Source: Candidatus Dormibacteria bacterium
GTDB lineage: Bacteria > Chloroflexota > Dormibacteria > Aeolococcales > Aeolococcaceae
Direction: 5' to 3'
Length of the DNA stretch: 64,000 nucleotides
NCBI GenBank assembly: GCA_049521435.1
Contig: JBEKOU010000006.1
Span: forward strand, 10,943 to 74,942
A program made the position numbers and the translations under genes. The notes under the pieces were generated by a model. It saw only the letters and a list, made by a program, of their open reading frames with translations. It was not told where the DNA came from and ran no database searches. Positions within the stretch are counted from its first letter, which is position 1, and each line of letters opens with the position of its first letter. This document shows positions 35,094 through 45,009 of this stretch, piece after piece.

Positions 35094-36206
35094 TCAGCCG
35101 CGGATCGGGATCCTCGGCGCGCTGGGCATCTGGGGACCGCCGGTGGCCGCGTAGTTCTCCTTGCTGACCTCGGCCGCGATCAGCTCGGCGACCCCTCGAA
35201 AGATGCGGCCCGTCAGCGACGTGGGAGCCGCCGCCATCACCGGCTGACCATCGCCTCCCCCGACCCGGACCCCCGGGTCGAGCGGGATCGCGCCCAGGAA
35301 GCGCAGCCCGTTGCGCTCAGCCAATTCGCGCCCTCCGCCGGAGCCGAAGATGTCGGTGCGCTCCCCACAATGGGGGCAGACGAAGCCGCTCATGTTCTCG
35401 ATGACCCCGAGCACCGGGAGGCGGAGCTGGGCAAACATCTGGATGCCGCGGCTCACGTCGGCGATCGAAACGTCCTGGGGGGTGGTCACGATGACGGCTC
35501 CGGTCAGCGGAATGGATTGGGCCAGGCTGATCTGGATGTCGCCAGTGCCGGGCGGGAGGTCGATGACCAGGTAGTCGAGCGGGCCCCACTCCACCTCGTA
35601 GAGGAATTCCCGCATCGCCTTGGCGAGCATCGGGCCGCGCCACATCACCGGCTGGCCTGGCTTGAGGATGGTGCCGAAGCTCACCACCTCGATACCGAAG
35701 GCGGAGAGGGGCACCATCTTCCCCGACTCGCCGGCCTGGGGCTGGTCGTGGAGGCCCATCATGATCGGCACGTTCGGGCCATAGATGTCCGCATCAAGGA
35801 GGCCGACCCGGGCGCCGGCCTGGGCCAGGGCGATGGCCACGTTGACGCTCACCGTGGTCTTGCCCACCCCTCCCTTACCGGCACTGACGGCCACGATGTT
35901 CTTGACCCCGGGAATCTCCTGCCGGCCGGGCAGCCCGCGGGAGCCCGAGGTGACGTCGCTCTCCCAGGCGACCGAGACGGACTCCACGCCGGGCACCTGG
36001 TCGACCAGGGTGGACCGGATGTCGCTCTCGATCCGGCCCGTGAGCGGGCAGGCCGGAGTGGTCAGGACGACCTTGAGGGACACCGCTCCGCCCTCACAGC
36101 GGATGTCCTTGACCATGTGCAGGCTGACGATGTCGCGATGGAGCTCCGGTTCCATCACCGTGCTGAGCGCCTGCTCGATGGCGGCGGCCGTCGGGGATAG
36201 AGCCAT
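35094..36206 (-). CDS. apbC: Fe-S cluster carrier ATPase, Mrp/ApbC/NBP35 family
   Basis: N-terminal MIP18-like domain (DIVSLHMVKDI), deviant Walker A SAGKGGVGKTT, CPHCG. Confidence 0.9.
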   Translation of the reverse strand: MALSPTAAAIEQALSTVMEPELHRDIVSLHMVKDIRCEGGAVSLKVVLTTPACPLTGRIESDIRSTLVDQVPGVESVSVAWESDVTSGSRGLPGRQEIPGVKNIVAVSAGKGGVGKTTVSVNVAIALAQAGARVGLLDADIYGPNVPIMMGLHDQPQAGESGKMVPLSAFGIEVVSFGTILKPGQPVMWRGPMLAKAMREFLYEVEWGPLDYLVIDLPPGTGDIQISLAQSIPLTGAVIVTTPQDVSIADVSRGIQMFAQLRLPVLGVIENMSGFVCPHCGERTDIFGSGGGRELAERNGLRFLGAIPLDPGVRVGGGDGQPVMAAAPTSLTGRIFRGVAELIAAEVSKENYAATGGPQMPSAPRIPIRG

Positions 36207-36338
36207 CGGTCACCGAGTATAGCCGCGGTGCTTCGCGGCTCCGTTCGGACCGGGTGCTGCCCGGCGCGGTGCTCGCCGGCGCCTTGGGCTGATCTCGCCT
36301 GGCCGGCGGTCTGCGTCGCGCTACTCACCGATCCAGGT

Positions 36339-36344
36339 CAGAAT
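36339..36344 (+). promoter_or_regulatory. -10-like box CAGAAT, 7 nt upstream of ATG 36352
   Basis: cagaat ccctgac ATG. Confidence 0.4.
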
Positions 36345-36351
36345 CCCTGAC

Positions 36352-37761
36352 ATGCTCTCGACCGGGGCTCGGCGTGACCTCGAGAAGGAGGTCGGCGCTG
36401 CCCATCTCCACACCCGGCCGGCCGACCTCGCCGCCTACGCCTTCGACGCTTTCGGCGCGTCGGGAGAGCGGCGCCTGCCGGACGCGGTCGTCCTCCCGGC
36501 GACCACGCATGAGGTGAGCGGGGTGGTGCGGGTCTGCGCCCGCCATGGGCTCCCGGTCGTGCCCCGGGGAGCAGGCACCGGCTATGCGGCCGCAGCGGTC
36601 GCCCGCCACGGCGGGGTCATCATCAACCTCTGCCGGATGAACCGGATCATCGGTCTGGACGCGGACGGTCAGCGGCTGCGCGCCGAGGCCGGGGTGGTGA
36701 CGGCCGCGATCCACCGGCGCGCCGCCGCCGCCGGCCTCCACTACCCACCCGATCCCGGCTCGGCGACCACCAGCACCATTGGCGGCAACGTGGCCTGCAA
36801 CGCCGCCGGGCCTCACGCCTTCCGCTACGGCACCACCGCCGACTTCCTGGTGGGCGCCACGGCGGTGCTGAGCGACGGCCGGATCGTCCGGCTCGGCGAG
36901 GCGGCCGGGAGATCGGATGCCCCTCCCCTGCTCGGCCTGCTGGCAGGTTCCGAGGGTACGCTCGCGGTGATCACCGAGGTCGCGCTCCGCCTCCTCCCGG
37001 CGCCGGCTGCCCGGGCGACCCTGGCCGCCCGGTTCGCCGGTCTGGAGGCCGCCTTCGGGGCTGTCGCAGCGATCACCCGGCAGGGAGTGGTGCCCGCGGC
37101 GCTGGAGTTCCTCGACCGGAGCGCGCTCGAAGCCGTGGCCGCGACAGGCATCGTGGAGGTACCCGGCGGCGCGGCCCTGGTCCTGGTGGAGCTGGAGGGA
37201 GAGGAGGCGACGGTGAGAGCGGAGGTCGAAGCCGCCGGCTCCGCGCTCAGCTCAGCCGGCGCCGTTCACCTGGAGCGAGCCGCCGACCCAGCAGAGGCCA
37301 CCCGGCTCTGGGAGGTCCGCAGGGCGGTCAGCGCCGCGGTCGCCATGGTGATGATCGGCAAGATCAACGAGGACGTCGTCGTGCCCCGCGATCGCATCGC
37401 CGAGCTGGTCGCACGGACCGAGGAGATCGGCAGCCGTCACCGGCTCCCGGTGGTCAACTTCGGCCACCTCGGGGACGGCAACCTCCATGTCACCTTCCTC
37501 ATCGACCCCCGGCGCCCGGGAGAACGGGCGCGGGGCGACGCGGCGGGCGCGGACCTCTTCGAAACGGTCCTCGGAATGGAGGGCTCGCTCTCCGGCGAAC
37601 ACGGGGTGGGCACCACCAAGCTGGCCTACGCGGAGCGGCAGCTGGGGGCCGCGGGGATGGGGTTGATGCGCCGGGTGAAGCGGCGATACGACCCGAGCGG
37701 CATGCTCAATCCCGGCATCAAACTGCCTGAGCCCAGCCCCTCCGCGGCCGTCATCGCCTGA
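36352..37761 (+). CDS. FAD-linked oxidase, GlcD-like (glycolate/D-lactate dehydrogenase family)
   Basis: VVPRGAGTGYAAAAV, GGNVACNAAGP, SGEHGVGTTK. Confidence 0.85.
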   Translation: MLSTGARRDLEKEVGAAHLHTRPADLAAYAFDAFGASGERRLPDAVVLPATTHEVSGVVRVCARHGLPVVPRGAGTGYAAAAVARHGGVIINLCRMNRIIGLDADGQRLRAEAGVVTAAIHRRAAAAGLHYPPDPGSATTSTIGGNVACNAAGPHAFRYGTTADFLVGATAVLSDGRIVRLGEAAGRSDAPPLLGLLAGSEGTLAVITEVALRLLPAPAARATLAARFAGLEAAFGAVAAITRQGVVPAALEFLDRSALEAVAATGIVEVPGGAALVLVELEGEEATVRAEVEAAGSALSSAGAVHLERAADPAEATRLWEVRRAVSAAVAMVMIGKINEDVVVPRDRIAELVARTEEIGSRHRLPVVNFGHLGDGNLHVTFLIDPRRPGERARGDAAGADLFETVLGMEGSLSGEHGVGTTKLAYAERQLGAAGMGLMRRVKRRYDPSGMLNPGIKLPEPSPSAAVIA

Positions 37762-37786
37762 GCGGCGGACCGGCTCATCGCTCAGG

Positions 37787-38134
37787 TCAGCCGGGCTGTC
37801 GCTCCGGCGCGGCCAGCAGCAGGGCGGGGAAATCCGTTTCGCCGATGGCGGCCCCCAGGTCCCGACCCTCGGTGTCGGCCTCCATCGCCGCCTCGTAAAC
37901 GAATGCGTAGACGTTGTCGAGCTCCCACTCGCCGAACCCGAGACCCGCCAGAGCGCCGGCCATACGGCCATCGCCGGCGCCGATGTCCATCGTCCGGGTC
38001 GCCGCCTCGTAGAGCGCGACGAGGATGCGCAGCTCGACCTCGTACTCGTCGATGAGCGGCTGTGCAGCCTGCTCGACACGAAGCCGTGCGAGGCTCCGCC
38101 GCAGCTCTGCGATCTCGAGCTCGTACTCGTCCAC
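37787..38134 (-). CDS. Small acidic hypothetical protein
   Basis: 115 aa. Supported mainly by a perfect TAGACT-6 nt-GTG layout and protein-like composition. Confidence 0.5.
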   Translation of the reverse strand: MDEYELEIAELRRSLARLRVEQAAQPLIDEYEVELRILVALYEAATRTMDIGAGDGRMAGALAGLGFGEWELDNVYAFVYEAAMEADTEGRDLGAAIGETDFPALLLAAPERQPG

Positions 38135-38140
38135 GCCACC

Positions 38141-38146
38141 AGTCTA
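38141..38146 (-). promoter_or_regulatory. -10-like box TAGACT, 6 nt upstream of GTG 38134 (leaderless layout)
   Basis: Minus strand reads tagact ggtggc GTG. Confidence 0.45.
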
Positions 38147-38176
38147 GTGGCGCCCGCCGACCGCCTCCGGGTGGCC

Positions 38177-39394
38177 TCAGGTGGACGCGTCGACACTCGC
38201 TGCAACAGGCGCGCGCAGCTGGTGGATCCGCGCCCGGAGCCGTCTCAGAGCCGGCGGCCCCAGTTGGGGCAGGTTGCGCGCGACCAGATCCCCCACCCCG
38301 ATGCAGACGAGGGGGTCCACCGTGAACCGGTACCAGTCGTAATACTGGGCGCCCTCGGTCCCGGCGGTCAGGGCCATCAGCAGTGCATACCCGGAGAAGG
38401 CGAGCGGTATCCGCGACTCTGTGCCCAGGGGACGTCGCAGCAGCATCAGGGCCAGCCCGACCATCCCCACCGTCCAGAAGGGATCGTCGACAGGCACGAA
38501 ATTCCAGAGCCCCGCGTCGCTGGAGAAGAGGAACAGCCGCCCGGCGACGAGCGTCGTATGGCGAGCGGCCTGCGCCTGCCACACCAGCAGGAACTGGTGC
38601 CAGTCCACGGCCGCACCGTAGGCCGCGAACAGACCGATGCCGATCGGAGCCCCGAGCAGGGCCAGCGGTGCCACGACCCAGCGCCGCTCGGTGAGCAGGG
38701 CCACAGCGCCGGCGGCCCCCACGATGATGCCGGGCACCTTCACCAGCGGCGCGAGGACGCAGAGGACGAGCAGCAGAGCGGTGGGAAGGCGGCCACGATG
38801 GCTCGCGAGCACCAGAACGCCGAGCAGCATCGGGGCGAGGAGCCATTCGCTCTCGACAAGCCGGCTGGCGGAGATCATCCAGGGGGAGAGGCAGAAGACG
38901 GCCAGCCCCACCAGGGCGGTGGCGCGTCCGACGTGCCGGACGGCGAGCACGTAAAGAAGCCACCCGCTGAGGATGCTGAGCAGGATGGGGACCAACCGGA
39001 TGGCGGAGGGTCCGACCTCCGCCGGGGTGTGCTCACCGGCAAGGAGGGCGACCCCACCGACCAGCAGGCCAAAGAGAGGGGGATGGTCCAGCCAGGGGCT
39101 CACCCAGGGCAGGTACACCCCCTGCGACGTCGCCACGGCGGTGACGGGCAGGTGCTCGGGAAGGTAGGACCAGGACGCCGGCCAGTGATAGAGCCAGAGG
39201 CTCTGACCCAGCCAGGCCCATGCGACCTCGTCCTCGTTGGCCCCGAAGCGCGGATAGGACACGTAGCCGTGCAGGCGGAGGGCGAGGCCGGCGATCAGGA
39301 GGACCCCCGCCAGAGTCGGTACCCAATCCCATGGGTTGGCGTCGACGGCGCGGACCACGCCACGGCCGAGCCTGCGGAACCATGGCCCACCCAT
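38177..39394 (-). CDS. GT-C-fold membrane glycosyltransferase, PMT/ArnT-like (inference)
   Basis: Polytopic. First-loop acidic motif FGANEDEVAWAW resembles the DE motif of the GT39/GT83 families. Trimmed to MGGPWFRRLG. Confidence 0.65.
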   Translation of the reverse strand: MGGPWFRRLGRGVVRAVDANPWDWVPTLAGVLLIAGLALRLHGYVSYPRFGANEDEVAWAWLGQSLWLYHWPASWSYLPEHLPVTAVATSQGVYLPWVSPWLDHPPLFGLLVGGVALLAGEHTPAEVGPSAIRLVPILLSILSGWLLYVLAVRHVGRATALVGLAVFCLSPWMISASRLVESEWLLAPMLLGVLVLASHRGRLPTALLLVLCVLAPLVKVPGIIVGAAGAVALLTERRWVVAPLALLGAPIGIGLFAAYGAAVDWHQFLLVWQAQAARHTTLVAGRLFLFSSDAGLWNFVPVDDPFWTVGMVGLALMLLRRPLGTESRIPLAFSGYALLMALTAGTEGAQYYDWYRFTVDPLVCIGVGDLVARNLPQLGPPALRRLRARIHQLRAPVAASVDAST

Positions 39395-39402
39395 CAGGTC
39401 GG

Positions 39403-39408
39403 AAGATA
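39403..39408 (-). promoter_or_regulatory. -10-like box TATCTT, 8 nt upstream of ATG 39394
   Basis: Minus strand reads tatctt ccgacctg ATG. Confidence 0.35.
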
Positions 39409-39502
39409 CCGCGCCCGGACGGGCTCTGCAGACGCAAACGCCCGCCGGCGCCACCTGCCGCGAACGGCGGATGGCCCGGCGGGCGAGCGCACGGGGTGGT
39501 GG

Positions 39503-41563
39503 CTAGAAGAAGAGGTGATGAGTGGCGATGATCGGGGCCAGCAGGATGGCCACGATGTTCATCACCTTGATCATCGGGTTGATCGCCGGTCCGGCGGTGT
39601 CCTTGTTGGGGTCGCCGACGGTGTCTCCGGTGACCGCGGCGGCGTGCGTGGGGCTGCCCTTGCCGCCGTAATGGCCGTCCTCGATGTACTTCTTCGCATT
39701 ATCCCAAGCTCCACCGCCGGTGGTCATCTGGATGGCCAGGAAGATGCCGACGACGATGACGCCGAGGAGCATCGCGCCGAGCACCTCGGGGCCGAAGACG
39801 AAACCGACCACGATCGGGGCTGCGACGGGCAGGAGGGCGGGGACGATCATCTCCTTCTGGGCGGCGGTGGTCACCAGGGCGACGCACTTCGCGTACTCCG
39901 GCCGCGCGGTCCCCTCCATGATCCCGGGGATCTCCTTGAACTGGCGGCGAACCTCCACGACGACGCCCCCGGCCGCCCGCCCCACGGCGAGCATCGCCAG
40001 CGAGCCGAAGAGGAACGGCATGATGCCGCCGAGGAAGAGGCCGGCGATGACCTTGGCGTCGGTCAGGTTGAAGCTGAGCAGGCCGACGTGAGCGGAGCTG
40101 AGATGGCTGTTGACCACGTTGGTGTAGGAGGCGAAGAGGACCAGCGCGGCGAGCCCGGCCGAGCCGATGGCGTACCCCTTGGTGACCGCCTTGGTGGTGT
40201 TGCCGACGGCGTCGAGGGGGTCGGTCACGGCCCGGACAGACTCGGGGAGGTCGGCCATCTCGGCGATGCCGCCGGCGTTGTCGGTGATCGGCCCGTAGGA
40301 GTCGATGGCCACGATGATCCCGGTCATCGACAGCATCGCCATGGCGGCGATGCCGATGCCATACAGGCCACCCAGGCTGTAGGAGATGAGGATGCCGAGG
40401 GCGATGGTCAGCACCGGGATCGCCGTCCCCTGCATCCCGATCGCCTGGCCCGCGATGATGTTGGTGGCGTGCCCGGTCTGGGATGCCTTGGCGATCGCTC
40501 GGACCGGCCAGAACTGGGCGCCGGTGAAGAACTCGGTGGCCACGACCAGGATCACGGTGATGCCGATCCCGACGACGGCGCACCAGAAGAGGTTGTTGGG
40601 GTGTGCGAAGGCGGTCTGGAGATCGCCATAGATCAGATGGGTGACCAGGAAGAAGAGCGGCAGCGCGACGATCACCGACACGCCGAGCCCGCGGTAGAGC
40701 GCGCCCATGATCCACTTGCCCTTGCCCATCCGGACGAAGAGCGAGCCGATCAGGGTGGCGATGATGCTCGCCCCCCCGAGCATCAGCGGGTAGGAGACGA
40801 AGGCGAAGATCGGCGTGCCATGGCTTCGGTAGAGCAGGCTGCCGAGCAGCATGGTCGCGACCGCTGTGACCGCGTAGGTCTCGAAGAGGTCGGCGGCCAT
40901 GCCCGCGCAGTCGCCGACGTTGTCGCCGACGTTGTCGGCGATCACCGCCGGGTTGCGGGGGTCGTCCTCGGGGATGCCCGCCTCGATCTTGCCGACCAGG
41001 TCGGCGCCGACATCGGCGGCCTTGGTGTAGATGCCGCCGCCCAGCCGGGCGAAGACCGAGATCAGCGAGGCGCCGAAGGCGAAGCCGATGATCGCGGTGA
41101 AGTCACCGAAGGAGGCGTAGGCGATGGTCACCCCGATGAGGCCAAAGCCGACCACGAACAGGCCGGTGATGGAGCCGGCGCGGAAGGCCATCTTGAGGGC
41201 CGGGTTGACGCCGCCGCGCGCCGCCTCGGCGGTGCGCAGGTTGGCGCGCACCGAGATGTTCATGCCGATGTAGCCGGCGGCGCCGGAGAGCAGGGCCCCG
41301 ATCACGAAGAGGATCGCCGCCTTGAAGGAGACGACGAAGACGAGGGCGACGGCGATCACCACCCCGATGGCGGCGACGACGCTGTACTGGCGCAGCAGGT
41401 AGGCCTGAGCGCCTTCCTGGATCGCCTTGGAGATCTCGCGCATCTTCTCGTTGCCCTGCGGCTGGCGCAGCACCCAGACGATGAGCGCGACCGCCCAGAG
41501 CAGGGCGATCACACCGGCGGCCGCCACCGGCCAGAGCACGTTTTCCGTCACCATTCCAAGCAT
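39503..41563 (-). CDS. hppA: Membrane-bound proton-translocating pyrophosphatase
   Basis: Trimmed to [12 protein letters not shown] (686 aa). [50 protein letters not shown]. Confidence 0.95.
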   Translation of the reverse strand: MLGMVTENVLWPVAAAGVIALLWAVALIVWVLRQPQGNEKMREISKAIQEGAQAYLLRQYSVVAAIGVVIAVALVFVVSFKAAILFVIGALLSGAAGYIGMNISVRANLRTAEAARGGVNPALKMAFRAGSITGLFVVGFGLIGVTIAYASFGDFTAIIGFAFGASLISVFARLGGGIYTKAADVGADLVGKIEAGIPEDDPRNPAVIADNVGDNVGDCAGMAADLFETYAVTAVATMLLGSLLYRSHGTPIFAFVSYPLMLGGASIIATLIGSLFVRMGKGKWIMGALYRGLGVSVIVALPLFFLVTHLIYGDLQTAFAHPNNLFWCAVVGIGITVILVVATEFFTGAQFWPVRAIAKASQTGHATNIIAGQAIGMQGTAIPVLTIALGILISYSLGGLYGIGIAAMAMLSMTGIIVAIDSYGPITDNAGGIAEMADLPESVRAVTDPLDAVGNTTKAVTKGYAIGSAGLAALVLFASYTNVVNSHLSSAHVGLLSFNLTDAKVIAGLFLGGIMPFLFGSLAMLAVGRAAGGVVVEVRRQFKEIPGIMEGTARPEYAKCVALVTTAAQKEMIVPALLPVAAPIVVGFVFGPEVLGAMLLGVIVVGIFLAIQMTTGGGAWDNAKKYIEDGHYGGKGSPTHAAAVTGDTVGDPNKDTAGPAINPMIKVMNIVAILLAPIIATHHLFF

Positions 41564-41788
41564 CGATCCGTCCTGTGAACCCGGGCAGGACGACTGATCG
41601 GCCCGTCCGGAATTGGCGTGGTCGCTGGGATTGTAGCCAGACCGTCGGCGGAACCCGCCGGTTCGGACCAATGGCCACTCCAGCTCGGGACGTCGGTCCC
41701 GACCGCAGGGGAACAATGGTCCTCTGGCGGCCGCGAACACCTTGCGCCGGCGAGTCCCACGCCTGTGGCAGGTCTGGCACCATCGGAG

Positions 41789-42607
41789 ATGATGCCCCTC
41801 CCCCAGACCCTTCTGATCATCGTTGGCGACGAGCTCTTGGGCGGCTTCACGACCGACCTGAACGGAGCTCGGGCGGCACGGCGCCTCTTCGAGGCCGGCT
41901 ATCCCGTACGCCGCATCGAGGTGGTCGGCGACGCGGTCGACGACATCGCCGCCGCGGTGCGGAGGGCGATCGACGACCCGGGCGCAGCCAGGGTGATCGT
42001 CTCCGGAGGCATCGGTCCGACCCCCGACGACCGCACTCACCAGGCGGTGGCCAAGGCCCTGGGACGCGAGCTGGTTGAGGATCCGGCAGCTCTCCGCCGG
42101 ATCGAGGCGATGGTGGCCCGGATGTACGCCGCGGGCTGGGTCGCGAGCCCGACTCTCACCCCTGCCAACCGGAGGATGGCCCGGATGGCGGCCGGCGGCC
42201 GGATCCTGGACAACCGCCGCGGCATGGCGCCACCGCTCGCCATCGAGCTGGAGGCGGCCCGGGATCGGTGGCTGTTCGTCCTCCCCGGGGTGCCGCGCGA
42301 GTTCGAGGCGGTGCTCGAGGAGGTGCTGATCCCCGGGTACTTCTCCAGCAGCCGCGCCCTGACGGTCGTCGAGTCACGGCACCCGAGCGCCATCGAGGCC
42401 GATTTCGCCGAACCGATGCGCCGGCTGGAGATGGAGTTCCCCGATGTGGCGGTCGGCTCCTACCCCCCACAGCGGGGTCGTGACCTGATCATCCGCCTCC
42501 GCGGAGAGGACCCGGAAAGGGTGCGCGCCGCCGAGCGGCGGCTCGGAGAGCTGAGGTCGGCGCCCGACCGACCGGCATCCTCCGGCGCGGTTCAGCGGCC
42601 GAGGTAG
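41789..42607 (+). CDS. CinA-like molybdopterin-binding (MoCF_biosynth) domain protein, no PncC domain
   Basis: [12 protein letters not shown]...[15 protein letters not shown]. Start at the MMPLPQ doublet. Confidence 0.8.
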   Translation: MMPLPQTLLIIVGDELLGGFTTDLNGARAARRLFEAGYPVRRIEVVGDAVDDIAAAVRRAIDDPGAARVIVSGGIGPTPDDRTHQAVAKALGRELVEDPAALRRIEAMVARMYAAGWVASPTLTPANRRMARMAAGGRILDNRRGMAPPLAIELEAARDRWLFVLPGVPREFEAVLEEVLIPGYFSSSRALTVVESRHPSAIEADFAEPMRRLEMEFPDVAVGSYPPQRGRDLIIRLRGEDPERVRAAERRLGELRSAPDRPASSGAVQRPR

Positions 42608-43326
42608 CCGATCGCGTTCCGGCTCTGCTCCACCTCGAGGACGATCTGCGCTGGCGCCGCCTGCCAGAGGGAGGCGTAGAAGTGCTCGCGGTCCTCTGCG
42701 TCCGCGGCCGCCCCGAGGGCGGGCAGGCCCTGGCGCCGGCGTGCGATCCAGGGAGGGACCCCCTTGCCGACCGTGTTCCGTCCGACCTTCAAGTCGACCT
42801 CCGGATCACGGCCCTCGTCCGCCTCGACCGTGACCTGGACGATGACCCCGGTGTGGTCGTAGATCTTCCAGGTCCGGTCCCATCGCCGGGCACCGCCACC
42901 TGTCGGATGGACCACCCTGAGCGGCTCCGCCCCCACCTGGTCATTGGTCCCCGGGCGGCAGAGGCTCCAGAGGAACTGGAGCACGCGCGGTTCGAGGGCA
43001 TCGCCGACGAAGTCCGCCAGGGACGGTGAGCGGTTGTCGAGATCGGGAAGCGCCTGCCCCATCTGGAACTCGCCGGCGCCGGCGGAGGTGAAGAGGCGGG
43101 CATGGCGACGGCAGAAGGCACGGCCCTCCAACGCCACCTGATGGTCAGGACACCAGGCGGTCGGGCAGGGCCGGCCCCGCCGGTCGACGTAGCTGCAGGT
43201 GGCCGCGTCGTGACGGCCGCAGGCGTACTCCGAGCAGGCGAGGATCCCGCGCACGGGCCGAGGTCCGGCGGGCACAGCAGGGTCAGCAGGCGAAGGTGGC
43301 CCGGCCTCCTTCTTCCAGAAGGGCAT
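42592..43326 (-). CDS. Hypothetical protein with N-terminal Cys/His cluster
   Basis: 244 aa. Cys at 31, 36, 44, 54, 59, 72 and His at 39, 62, 75. No family recognised. TAAGAT box 12 nt upstream. Confidence 0.6.
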   Translation of the reverse strand: MPFWKKEAGPPSPADPAVPAGPRPVRGILACSEYACGRHDAATCSYVDRRGRPCPTAWCPDHQVALEGRAFCRRHARLFTSAGAGEFQMGQALPDLDNRSPSLADFVGDALEPRVLQFLWSLCRPGTNDQVGAEPLRVVHPTGGGARRWDRTWKIYDHTGVIVQVTVEADEGRDPEVDLKVGRNTVGKGVPPWIARRRQGLPALGAAADAEDREHFYASLWQAAPAQIVLEVEQSRNAIGYLGR

Positions 43327-43479
43327 CGCTAATGTCCGATCTTAGGTGCGGATGCGATGCGTTGCGCACGATCGTGTCGCAGTCCTGTCTCACCCGCAGC
43401 CGCCCGGAGATGGCAGAGGTGCGCTCGGGGAGCCTGCCGCGGCGGGAGACGCGCTGGCGGGCTCGGCCCGACCCCCGGT

Positions 43480-43683
43480 TCAGGAGCTCTTCTGGAGGTT
43501 GCGCACGCGCGGCCCCTTGGGGCTGTCCACGAGGTCGAAGGTGACCGCCTCTCCCTCCTCGAGCGAGTCGAAATCGACCAGGGTCACCTCGGTGCGGTGG
43601 AAGAAGGCCTCGGCGCCGTCGTCGGCGCGAACAAAGCCAAAACCGCGGTCAGGGATGATCTTCTTGATTCGGCCAGCGGTCAC
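43480..43683 (-). CDS. csp: Cold-shock domain protein
   Basis: GRIKKIIPDRGFGFVRADDGAEAFFH (RNP1/RNP2-like). GTG start with GGAGGG upstream. Confidence 0.9.
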   Translation of the reverse strand: MTAGRIKKIIPDRGFGFVRADDGAEAFFHRTEVTLVDFDSLEEGEAVTFDLVDSPKGPRVRNLQKSS

Positions 43684-43706
43684 TTCGCGGGTCCCTCCAA
43701 GGACAG

Positions 43707-43740
43707 ACGCTGACGTGTGATCACATATGAAAACGCTGAC
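43707..43740. promoter_or_regulatory. csp leader/promoter element: ACGCTGAC-g-TGTGATCACA-N7-ACGCTGAC
   Basis: 10-bp perfect palindrome (43716..43725) flanked by an 8-nt direct repeat, 25-55 nt upstream of the csp start. Confidence 0.3.
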
Positions 43741-43815
43741 AGCCTCAGAACATTCCCCGGGTCAGCGCCAGGGCTGCGGCCGCAGTGTCGAGCGAGGCGG
43801 GGGTTGGAAGCGTTC

Positions 43816-45009
43816 TCACGCCCCGCTGGCGCCGAGGATAGCAGGCCGATCCGCCTGCTCGCGGTGCCACGCGACGGCCAGGTCGAGCACGCTGTCGGGG
43901 AGGTCTGCGTAGAACGCCTCGACGTCCAGATGCGGAGGCCAGGGATTGGGTGAGGGCACCGCCAGGTCGGCTCGCGCGAGCCGGGACCAGGGACCGAGAG
44001 CCGCCTTCTCGGCGCCGTCCAGCCGCACCACGCCGCAACGCCGCAGCCAGTCGTGGCGGTCGTAGGGAGCCCGCTCACGGAGCCGCGGATGGAGGTCGCG
44101 CCACACGGTCGCTCGCAGGGCGCTGACTCCGGCTTCGGTGCGGCGCTCGACCAGCTGATCGACCGCGGCCGCCGCGACCGGCTCGTCGGTCCCCTCGTCG
44201 TCGTCGCCCGGCGACGGCATCGCCAGTGCCATGCCGATCTGGCCAGGCTGTTCGCCGGCGAGCGCCTGGGCCAGCTGGGCGACGAAGAGGAGCGCCTCCG
44301 GCTCGGGCAGCTGGAGGCGGCGCAGCTGAGCCGGACGGACGGCGATGTCGATCCTATCGAGGAGACCGGAGAGGGACCCGAGCCTCACCCCGCGGGCGCG
44401 GAGCAGGTCGTCGGCACCGAGCGTGATCTGGATCCGGTCGCCCCGCCGCCGGAGCGGCTCTCCGACCAGTGCCACCCAGCCCGCGAGGTCGGGGATCCGC
44501 CGCGGTCGGAGGACGCTCGCAGGATCGTCGCCGAGGTCCCAGGCGGCGAGCGCCGGATGGCCGGCGAAGCCCGCCGCCATGGCCCTCGCCCAGCCGTCGG
44601 CGAGCTCGAGCATGAGCGGGTCCGTCCAGGCGTCACGGGGCCCGCCTGGTTCCTGCATCCCATCGCTCAGCACGCGCACCCCGCGCCGGCGGGCATCCCG
44701 CCGCACCGCCCGGCGGGGCAGGAAGACGCAGTCGCCGTGAGCCTGGATGAAGAGCACCGGGACGATCCGCATGCCGTGAGCGGCGGCGACGCGGAGCAGC
44801 GAGTCGAACTCGCCCATCCGCCGGGGGTCGACCCCGCGCGCATCGGGCATGAAGCTGTCCCAGGCGAGCCCGACGCGGACCTCCTGGAACCCCGCTCGCG
44901 CGATGGCCGCCAGGTCCGTGGTCAGCGCCGCGGTGTCGAACGCCTGCCAGAGGAAGGGACCGGTGGTGGCGGGCTGGTAGTCGAGGCTGACGGTCAGTGC
45001 TGCGGTCAA
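43816..45009 (-). CDS. TIM-barrel glycoside-hydrolase-like protein (clan GH-A-like) with atypical acid/base motif
   Basis: FQEVRVGLAWDSF, HGMRIVPVLF, AAWDLGDDP where GH-A enzymes have W.L.NEP. TTG start 45009 overlaps the SDR stop (TTGA). Start uncertain. Confidence 0.55.
   Translation of the reverse strand: MTAALTVSLDYQPATTGPFLWQAFDTAALTTDLAAIARAGFQEVRVGLAWDSFMPDARGVDPRRMGEFDSLLRVAAAHGMRIVPVLFIQAHGDCVFLPRRAVRRDARRRGVRVLSDGMQEPGGPRDAWTDPLMLELADGWARAMAAGFAGHPALAAWDLGDDPASVLRPRRIPDLAGWVALVGEPLRRRGDRIQITLGADDLLRARGVRLGSLSGLLDRIDIAVRPAQLRRLQLPEPEALLFVAQLAQALAGEQPGQIGMALAMPSPGDDDEGTDEPVAAAAVDQLVERRTEAGVSALRATVWRDLHPRLRERAPYDRHDWLRRCGVVRLDGAEKAALGPWSRLARADLAVPSPNPWPPHLDVEAFYADLPDSVLDLAVAWHREQADRPAILGASGA

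Noticed and set aside
38147-41578. 1143-aa ORF on the plus strand, the longest in the window
   Set aside because: It is antisense to the unmistakable H+-pyrophosphatase and GT-C genes. Its product is a monotonous R/G/D/H/E/P mix with no motifs. This is the typical antisense open frame of GC-rich DNA.
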